A stretch of 31,896 bases of DNA, taken from a virus. Its lineage: Duplodnaviria; Caudoviricetes. This document shows, one piece after another, positions 25,478-31,896 of this stretch (the first letter of the stretch is position 1; the number at the start of each line of letters is the position of its first letter). The DNA lies in the IMG/VR virus record IMGVR_UViG_3300033489_000042, positions 1-31,896 of that record; one strand, given 5' to 3'. The notes beneath the pieces are model-generated. The model did no database searches. It was not told where the DNA came from and saw nothing but the letters and a program-made list of their open reading frames with translations. Both the position numbers and the translations under genes were made by a program.

Positions 25478-26064
25478 GTATCACCAAAATCACCACACAC
25501 AATCAAGATGCTCTCAACAGGCTTCTCTACCAATATAGGGACAGCGAGAAACTCAAAGGCTTCATCACCGCCCTGTATGGCACGCAAGTGCAGGAACTTG
25601 AGGATGCCGCCTGGCAACTCCTCACGAGATTGAATATTGACAGCTCGGAGGGTGTGCAACTTGATCATATAGGCAAAATTGTGGGACAATCAAGACAGAG
25701 CATGGCTGATGATCGATACCGGATTTGGATCAAGGCAAAAATCGCTCAAAATATCTCGGAGGGAGACATTGAACAGATAATATCGATTTGGAGGCTATTT
25801 AATTCAGAAGCTACAACAGTTCAGTTAATAGAAAATTTTCCCGCTGAAATAGCCATCTATTCAGATATTGCCCTTGATCCCCTTTATAGTGAGGAAATTT
25901 TAACTCTCATACAGAGAGCAATGGGTGCGGGAATTCGATTTGGATATACTTTAATTTTTGATCCGGATAATGCTTTTGGATTTCTAGGCAGTATAAATGC
26001 CGGAGGCTTTGGGGATACTACAGATCCTGAGATTGGTGGAAAGTTTTCTACTCTTCAAGAATAG
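25474..26064 (+). CDS. Baseplate wedge protein (DUF2612 / gp48-like)
   Basis: LLYQYRDS, GVQLDHIGKIVGQSR, DDRYR..IKAKI..N. Confidence 0.85.
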   Translation: MSITKITTHNQDALNRLLYQYRDSEKLKGFITALYGTQVQELEDAAWQLLTRLNIDSSEGVQLDHIGKIVGQSRQSMADDRYRIWIKAKIAQNISEGDIEQIISIWRLFNSEATTVQLIENFPAEIAIYSDIALDPLYSEEILTLIQRAMGAGIRFGYTLIFDPDNAFGFLGSINAGGFGDTTDPEIGGKFSTLQE

Positions 26065-26075
26065 GAAAGAAGAAC

Positions 26076-26756
26076 ATGGCAAAACCGACAAGTAAACCTG
26101 ATTGGATTCCAGATGATGACCCTGAAAAAATTGAGGCTCCAAGTGGGAGTAAACAAAATACTGGCTGGCTCTCAGGGGAAAAACCGCCATTCCAATTCTT
26201 TAATTGGTTCTGGAATCTTCTGAGCAAATGGATTGCTTACCTGGAAACTATTACCGATTGTGTGCCGGTGGCAAATGGGGGCACTAATGCGACCACGGCG
26301 GCAACGGCACGTTCTAATCTAGGGTTGGCAGGTGCATTACTTGGAGATACCACCGATGGAAGAAAATTGAGGAAAATTAGAGTTAGAATTAGAGATGGCA
26401 CTAATCCTAATACCATAAGAGCTGAAGTAGAAAATATATGGAATGGGGATACTATTGCAGAAGTGGATAATATAAGTAAAGGGGGTTCATCTGGAAATTT
26501 CGCATTAAGTGTCAACGGAGATCAATTAACTATTAATAATGCTGCGGGAGGCGTACATACATGCGTAACCATTGTTTCTGCGTGGATAGAAAAAGACTCA
26601 TCAGGACTAACGTTTAATGGGATTCAATTAACTCCTGATGGTAGTAATGGCGGTATCATAATTAATGTATGGAATAATAATTTCATAGTAGATTTTACAA
26701 CTATAGCATCAAGTGAAAGTATGTACTTTGTTACTGCGTATATTTCTCCTAATTAG
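26076..26756 (+). CDS. Tail fibre protein (short)
   Basis: N-terminal GW..GEKPP.QFFNW anchor; PVANGGTNATTAATARSNLGL fibre motif. Confidence 0.8.
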   Translation: MAKPTSKPDWIPDDDPEKIEAPSGSKQNTGWLSGEKPPFQFFNWFWNLLSKWIAYLETITDCVPVANGGTNATTAATARSNLGLAGALLGDTTDGRKLRKIRVRIRDGTNPNTIRAEVENIWNGDTIAEVDNISKGGSSGNFALSVNGDQLTINNAAGGVHTCVTIVSAWIEKDSSGLTFNGIQLTPDGSNGGIIINVWNNNFIVDFTTIASSESMYFVTAYISPN

Positions 26757-26764
26757 TATTTTAT

Positions 26765-26974
26765 TTAATCACTTGGTGGTAAATTATGTACCCAATCAAA
26801 AGTAAAAATAATTGATCCACAATTGGGATCGCCTTGATATTCATTTTTATCGGCATTATTATAAACTTCTTGTTTTTGATTGGATTCCTTAATTTCCCCA
26901 CATCCGGGCGAGAATCCAAACAGGCAGGGCAATGAAAGTAAAATGACAAGACAAATAATTTTATGTAGACTCAT
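26765..26974 (-). CDS. Small putative lipoprotein / exported protein, 69 aa
   Basis: AAGGAG SD before ATG 26974; MSLHK + hydrophobic stretch + SPGC. Confidence 0.55.
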   Translation of the reverse strand: MSLHKIICLVILLSLPCLFGFSPGCGEIKESNQKQEVYNNADKNEYQGDPNCGSIIFTFDWVHNLPPSD

Positions 26975-27104
26975 GGTTTTTCTCCTTCTTCGGCTTGTCC
27001 CAATAAGGACTTTTGCACTTTGGGCAGATCCGCACATTCACCTTTCTGGGCGGCCACTGGTGGCTACAACGCTGACAAGTTAAAATTACTATTTTAAGTA
27101 TCAT
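26961..27104 (-). CDS. 47-aa zinc-ribbon protein; below the ORF-track cutoff
   Basis: Hand translation MILKIVILTCQRCSHQWPPRKVNVRICPKCKSPYWDKPKKEKNHEST*; CxxC-x-H-x-W ... CPKCKSPYW. Confidence 0.75.
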   Translation of the reverse strand: MILKIVILTCQRCSHQWPPRKVNVRICPKCKSPYWDKPKKEKNHEST

Positions 27105-27152
27105 ACTTATATGTATATACTATACGTAATTTTTTATCAATAAAAAAGCGAG

Positions 27153-27620
27153 GTGAATATGAGCTGGTCGGATATCGTTAATCGAATAAAATTGCTTGAT
27201 GCTAATATACAGGCTCAAGTGGGTACGGCATTAGTTGATATGGGGATGCTGGCTATACTGGAGGGAATAATGTCCAAGGGGGCCGTATTTACGGCTCACA
27301 GCGCCATCATCGCCACGGCCACCAGCGTGGCGATTGATTGCCGCGGGTTCAATATGATTTCCGTAGAGTGTGCGGTGTCCGCCATCACTTCCGGCAACTG
27401 GCTGATTGAGATCCTGGGCTGTGCGATCTCCGACGGCACTTTCGGAGAATGCTATAAAATCAGAGATGATGGTCTGGAACTTCAGCTAAAAACGCCTGCT
27501 ATAAACGCTAACAGCAATAAAGTATATTATTTTCCTGCAATAGCAAATTATATAAAAATCAAGGCTACCAGAACAACTGATGGCACATTGACCTGCAAAG
27601 TTACTCCCTTTAATGCCTGA
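27153..27620 (+). CDS. Hypothetical beta-rich virion-associated protein (start may be 27159)
   Basis: GAGG SD; IDCRGFN...NYIKIKAT pattern. Confidence 0.7.
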   Translation: MNMSWSDIVNRIKLLDANIQAQVGTALVDMGMLAILEGIMSKGAVFTAHSAIIATATSVAIDCRGFNMISVECAVSAITSGNWLIEILGCAISDGTFGECYKIRDDGLELQLKTPAINANSNKVYYFPAIANYIKIKATRTTDGTLTCKVTPFNA

Positions 27621-27631
27621 AAGGTGAAAAT

Positions 27632-28621
27632 ATGTCACGAATTCTTACTATGGATTTTGAGGATCAGACTTTATACGGAATAAGTGGATATACTGGGGCC
27701 TCCATTGTAAGCGCTTCTGGATTAGATATGGATGGTAATTATTGCCTGGAGTTATCAGGTATTAATGACCAGGCTTATATGGTAATTCCCGCTGCTGCTG
27801 AATATCTCGGCACTCGTTTATTTCGTTGTATTAGTTTGAATGTTCCTGGAATTTACGAATTTTTATATAATTCAACAAATCTAATTACTGTTATAACAAA
27901 TCTTTCAACAGGTCTTATTGAAACTTATCGGGGAACAACATTAATTGCTACCGGAACTATTCCATTATTAATTAATACAACTTATGAAATTGAAGCTCAT
28001 GTTGTAATTTCTGATACAGTTGGAGTAGTACAGATTAAAGTAGGTGGTGTTCTGGATATTAATTTTTCCGGTGATACTAAACCTGGTACAGACACTGCTA
28101 TAAATATTATTAATTTTGGGAACTCTATAGGATTAAAATCAGCACTTGGCTATCAATATCTTGATAATCTCGTTATTGATAATGCCAATTGGATTGGCAA
28201 TGTCAGATTTCAAACCAGGCAGATAACTGCTAATGGAACCTATACAGATTTGACTCCTTCTGCCGGAGATGCCTGGAATTGCATTGAGGAGATTCCTCCA
28301 TCATTAGCAGATTATATCCATACCAATACAGTAAATCATAAATCCAGTTTTCTTCATGCTGCCCTTGATCCATCTCCAATTGCTACTATTAAAAGTGTGA
28401 CTATTCGTGCTTTGGCTATATTTGAAGGCGCTCCCACTCCGACTCATATTCAACTGGGAGTACGCTCAGGATCTACGGATAGTTTGAGCGCTGATAAGAG
28501 TCCTCCATGCATAAATCCAATTATGTTTCAGCATATTCTTGAAATTGATCCGAATACCGGAGTTGCCTGGCTGGTTGCAGGTGTAAATGATGCTGAATTA
28601 TTAATGAAGGTGACGGCTTGA
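27632..28621 (+). CDS. Putative virion / receptor-binding protein with a lectin-like beta-sandwich
   Basis: MDFE start, YEIEAHV...GVVQIKVGG, YLDNLVID, DPNTG.AW; the stop codon is supplied by the IS end. Confidence 0.7.
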   Translation: MSRILTMDFEDQTLYGISGYTGASIVSASGLDMDGNYCLELSGINDQAYMVIPAAAEYLGTRLFRCISLNVPGIYEFLYNSTNLITVITNLSTGLIETYRGTTLIATGTIPLLINTTYEIEAHVVISDTVGVVQIKVGGVLDINFSGDTKPGTDTAINIINFGNSIGLKSALGYQYLDNLVIDNANWIGNVRFQTRQITANGTYTDLTPSAGDAWNCIEEIPPSLADYIHTNTVNHKSSFLHAALDPSPIATIKSVTIRALAIFEGAPTPTHIQLGVRSGSTDSLSADKSPPCINPIMFQHILEIDPNTGVAWLVAGVNDAELLMKVTA

Positions 28622-28662
28622 CACTCCCACGTCTAAAGACATGGGATTCTCAGGCAAACACT

Positions 28663-29772
28663 CTATTGAGCGCTTAGCGCCTGAGCGGTCTGCCCGACCG
28701 CTTTGATATTGATTGCAGCATTATGGTCTCGATCAAGTACGAGACCGCAAAAAGGACAGGTATGGATACGAACAGACAAAGATTTTTTAACCTTTTCACC
28801 GCACCCAGAACAGATTTGCGACGTGTTGCGGGGATTAACCTTGATTACCTTTCGTCCAGCTTCTTCCGCTTTGTACGAAAGGAATTCAAAAAATTTATTC
28901 CAGCTCGCGTCAGCAATACTCTTGCTCAAATGTCTGTTTTTGATCATGCCTTTTATATTCAATGCCTCAATATGGATGATTTGGTATCCAGTTACATAGA
29001 AATTAGCAATTTTGTGCAAAAAGTCTTTTCGTTGATTCGATATTTTTTCATGGGCCTTGGCCACAAGGATTTTTGCCTTAGCCCTTCGTTCGGAGCTTCT
29101 CATCTTGCGGGCAAGTGCCCTTTGTCGTTTTCGCAAGATCCTCTCGGATTGTCTGAAGAATTTAGGGTTATCGACACTTCGACCAGTAGAATCAACGAGA
29201 AATACCCTGATGCCGACATCAATTCCGATTTCAGCAATGGCTTCTGGTATTTCTTTGGTAGGCACATTATCACAGGAAAAGCATACAAACCACTTGCCGG
29301 AAGAAGTGTGTCTGATGGTGACGGTTTTAATATCGCCTTCAATCGGTCTGGAGAGGAAGAGTTTGAACTTGCCGACACCGGAGATATACAAGTATCGACC
29401 TTCAATTTTGTAGCCACATTGCTTCAGGGTGAAGGAATCGTATCTGTCCTTCCCCCTAAATCGGGGAAATCCGGCTTTCTCTGCTTTATCTTTGAGCCTG
29501 CGAAAGAATGCATCAAAGGCACGATTAAGCCGTTCTATTACATCCTGCAACACTTGAGAGCCTACAATCTTAAATTCAGGAAATTCGGCTTTAAGCTCAG
29601 GAAGCTGATTCTTTTGGGTAATACAAGAGATAGATTTCCCATGTTGCTGCCAAATATTGATTCTTTGCTCAAGTGCAAGATTATAGAGAATCCGGCACAA
29701 TTCAAGCCATTGATTGCACTTGGCTTCAGTTTGCTTGTTTATCTTAGCTCGATATTGAAAGGTTTTCCTCAT
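28663..29772 (-). CDS. tnpB: TnpB RNA-guided endonuclease
   Basis: N-terminal HTH (CRILYNLAL), GFPRFR, RuvC IGIDVG / IHIEAL / DRDHNAAINI, Zn finger CSGCG..CPFCG. Confidence 0.96.
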   Translation of the reverse strand: MRKTFQYRAKINKQTEAKCNQWLELCRILYNLALEQRINIWQQHGKSISCITQKNQLPELKAEFPEFKIVGSQVLQDVIERLNRAFDAFFRRLKDKAEKAGFPRFRGKDRYDSFTLKQCGYKIEGRYLYISGVGKFKLFLSRPIEGDIKTVTIRHTSSGKWFVCFSCDNVPTKEIPEAIAEIGIDVGIRVFLVDSTGRSVDNPKFFRQSERILRKRQRALARKMRSSERRAKAKILVAKAHEKISNQRKDFLHKIANFYVTGYQIIHIEALNIKGMIKNRHLSKSIADASWNKFFEFLSYKAEEAGRKVIKVNPRNTSQICSGCGEKVKKSLSVRIHTCPFCGLVLDRDHNAAINIKAVGQTAQALSAQ

Positions 29773-30164
29773 TTTTTACTCTGTGCTTCAATATATTTTC
29801 TAATTGTTTCACTACTTACATTACCTGCGGTACTTACAAAGTATGATGTTGTCCACATGGAGGGAAGCCGCATTAATACAGGAAATTCTTTTCTGAGTAT
29901 TCTGGCTGTGAATCCCTTTAGACGAAAAGCAATCTGGTATGGAGCTAAGGTGGGCAGGCAATTAATAAAAAGATGTACATGGTCTGGCTGTATTTTAAGG
30001 GATATGATTTTAATGTTAAGCTCTTTGGCTTTTTCTTGGAGAAGCACTTTGAGCCGCTTTGCGACAGTTCCTTTTAATACTGGCCTTCTTCGTCTTGGAA
30101 TCCAAACAAAATGGTAATTGATTAAACTTATTGATGTATTTGAATGTCTATGTTCTTGTGACAT
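29769..30164 (-). CDS. tnpA: TnpA Y1 (HUH) transposase (start 30164 or 30170)
   Basis: YHFVWIPRRR, PDHVHLF (HUH), LKG.TAR, W..SYFVSTAG, YIEAQ; ATGA overlap with tnpB; TTGACT-16-TAAAAT promoter at 30198-30171. Confidence 0.96.
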   Translation of the reverse strand: MSQEHRHSNTSISLINYHFVWIPRRRRPVLKGTVAKRLKVLLQEKAKELNIKIISLKIQPDHVHLFINCLPTLAPYQIAFRLKGFTARILRKEFPVLMRLPSMWTTSYFVSTAGNVSSETIRKYIEAQSKK

Positions 30165-30261
30165 AGACATATTTTAAACAAAATGGCTTGCAAGTCAAGC
30201 GAAAAACGGAATCCGATTCATCCAACGGCTAAAGCCATTGGTTTTCTCGGATGGAGCTATA

Positions 30262-30534
30262 ATGGCGGAACAAATTGCTTCTGTAATCAATTCGGAGATT
30301 ACAAAAGAAGGCGATTTAAAACTATATTTAATTGTTGCCGTTACAAATAAAGATATAGTCAAATTGCCTCTTGAATATGCTTCTCCATTCATTCTGGAAA
30401 GTTGTCTTTATGATGGGAAAATTTCAGTGGATTCTTTCACTGACTCAGATGGAAATATAATAATTTCATCAAAATTACTTGTTACTGCAAAGTTGATAAC
30501 TGGTTGGTTTAAATACAGAGAAGGAAAAAAATAG
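30262..30534 (+). CDS. Hypothetical protein, 90 aa (MAEQIASV...)
   Basis: ATG at 30262 just outside the IS; GGAG supplied by the IS end. Confidence 0.65.
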   Translation: MAEQIASVINSEITKEGDLKLYLIVAVTNKDIVKLPLEYASPFILESCLYDGKISVDSFTDSDGNIIISSKLLVTAKLITGWFKYREGKK

Positions 30535-31896
30535 TGGCTACCAGATTCTATCTTCCAGTTGGATTAACTCCTCCCGTGTCTCCGGCCTATTCCTCCCTGA
30601 ACAAAACCTCTGATATGGACAGGTGCGGGTGTAGCCCATTCAAGCAGAATACGTCAATGGCCACTAAAGCCTCCTCGGAAGCCTCCGCCACTACCCCGTA
30701 TACTTTTGGCACCCGTATGTATGTTTCTGATCCTCTGGTAGCTCAGACTGTCTCAGGGACAGTCAAGGGACAGGTCAGGTGCCAGGAATCCAATGCTGCG
30801 GCCGATTTTTCCGCTGGGATAATTATCCGTGTTTGTTCCAATGATGGAACTACTTTCAGGGGAACCTTACTTGAATATTTACCAGGAAGTCTGACCAGTG
30901 AATATGATGCCGCAGCGTTAATTAACAGATATTTTCCCCCTGCTTTGACAGCTCTGACCCCTGTTGATGCCCTTGATGGCGATCGGGTGGTGATTGAATA
31001 TCTCACCAAATCGTTCAATTCAGTGGCCACAGCCTATACTGCCAACCATAGATTTGGTGACTCTGCGGCTTCTGATCTGCCTGAAGATGAAACAGATGTC
31101 AATGATTATAACCCCTGGGTTGAGTTTAGCGGGGATCTGGATTTTGTTGATAAGCAGATTATCTATCAGGGCAGTCTAAGCACTGAATATTTAGAACCTC
31201 CAAAGCAAATTATTTGTCAGGGTAGTTTAAGCACTGAATATTTAGAACCTCCGAAAATAAAAATCCTGGAAATGAGTATCTCAGTTGAATATGAACCATT
31301 AGTAATAATAAATTCAACGGCTGAACTTAAAGTTGAATGGACAAAATCAATAAATAAAACCAATCAATTACCTTTAGAATGGTATGGAATAATTCAATCA
31401 AATGCTCAGATACCAGTTGAATGGCTAAAAGGGCTTCAATCAATTGTTCAAATGCCAGTGGAATGGTTGAAATTGATAAGTCAAAGTGGGCAGATACCAG
31501 TGGAATGGTTGAAATTGACGTCTATCAGTTCCATGGCTCAAATACCAGTTGAATGGTTGAAAATAATAAGTCAAACCGGACAGATACCAGTGGAATGGTT
31601 GAAATTGACGTCTATCAGTTCCATGGTTCAAATGCCAGTGGAATGGTTGAAATTGATAAGTCAAAGTGGGCAGATACCAGTGGAATGGTTAAAATTGACG
31701 TCTATCAGTTCCATGGTTCAAATGCCAGTGGAATGGTTGAAATTGATAAGTCAAAGTGGACAGATACCAGTGGAATGGTTGAAATTGACGTCTATCAGTT
31801 CCATGGCTCAAATACCAGTTGAATGGTTGAAAATAATAAGTCAAACCGGACAGATACCAGTGGAATGGTTGAAATTGACGTCTATCAGTTCCATGG
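30534..31896 (+). CDS. Long repeat-containing virion/fibre-like protein, open to the window end (absent from the ORF track)
   Basis: GTG overlaps the upstream TAG; hand translation ATRFYLP...GQVRCQESN...NPWVEFS then Q(I/M)PVEWLK repeats, no stop found. Confidence 0.8.
   Translation, partial: MATRFYLPVGLTPPVSPAYSSLNKTSDMDRCGCSPFKQNTSMATKASSEASATTPYTFGTRMYVSDPLVAQTVSGTVKGQVRCQESNAAADFSAGIIIRVCSNDGTTFRGTLLEYLPGSLTSEYDAAALINRYFPPALTALTPVDALDGDRVVIEYLTKSFNSVATAYTANHRFGDSAASDLPEDETDVNDYNPWVEFSGDLDFVDKQIIYQGSLSTEYLEPPKQIICQGSLSTEYLEPPKIKILEMSISVEYEPLVIINSTAELKVEWTKSINKTNQLPLEWYGIIQSNAQIPVEWLKGLQSIVQMPVEWLKLISQSGQIPVEWLKLTSISSMAQIPVEWLKIISQTGQIPVEWLKLTSISSMVQMPVEWLKLISQSGQIPVEWLKLTSISSMVQMPVEWLKLISQSGQIPVEWLKLTSISSMAQIPVEWLKIISQTGQIPVEWLKLTSISSM
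31408..31896 (+). repeat. Coding tandem repeat, alternating 42-nt and 48-nt units (90-nt period)
   Basis: QMPVEWLKLISQSG / QIPVEWLKLTSISSM(A/V); preceded by degenerate units and a 51-nt duplication (31152-31253, KQIIxQGSLSTEYLEPP x2). Confidence 0.95.

Larger units (their letters stand above)
28618..30258 (-). mobile_element. Complete IS200/IS605-family element (tnpA + tnpB)
   Basis: Subterminal hairpins (ccaacggctaaagccattgg; cccacgtctaaagacatggg), TTAT 5' of the left end, TCAA at the right end, no target duplication; ends confirmed by the second copy at 21643-21823. Confidence 0.95.

Noticed and set aside
28618-30258. IStron (group I intron-IS chimera)
   Set aside because: The left end to tnpA distance is under 100 nt, leaving no room for a ribozyme core.
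31408-31896. CRISPR array
   Set aside because: The intervening sequences repeat rather than being unique, unit lengths are multiples of 3 in an open frame, and no cas genes are present.
26076-31896. Diversity-generating retroelement or invertible fibre cassette
   Set aside because: No reverse transcriptase, invertase, or TR/VR pair with adenine-specific mismatches seen in the window.

Overview
A 32-kb stretch of a tailed phage or prophage with a contractile (myovirus-type) tail. Left to right: the 3' end of rusA; a leftward accessory operon (RHH-like regulator plus 5 small genes) punctuated by two alternating hairpin-rich repeats and preceded by a consensus sigma54 (-24/-12) promoter with IHF-type sites and two palindromes; a ParB-fused DNA methyltransferase; terS (split at an A9 / A_AAA_AAG site), terL, portal, head-morphogenesis protein, DUF2213-like protease/scaffold, capsid, neck, sheath, tube, chaperone (-1 frameshift), tape measure, baseplate and fibre genes; and a repeat-rich virion ORF that runs off the right edge. 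The most striking element is a 321-aa intein in the head-morphogenesis gene. Its interior looks meaningless on the sense strand but encodes, on the opposite strand and in codon register, a 292-aa HTH + NUMOD3-like + Vsr/DUF559-like nuclease whose start codon and Shine-Dalgarno are embedded in the intein block-F codons. The window also holds a complete IS605-type element (tnpA+tnpB) inserted without changing the flanking proteins, and a 181-bp derivative that looks like a stand-alone promoter + omegaRNA cassette. All family calls come from motif recognition and synteny by eye; no database searches were run.
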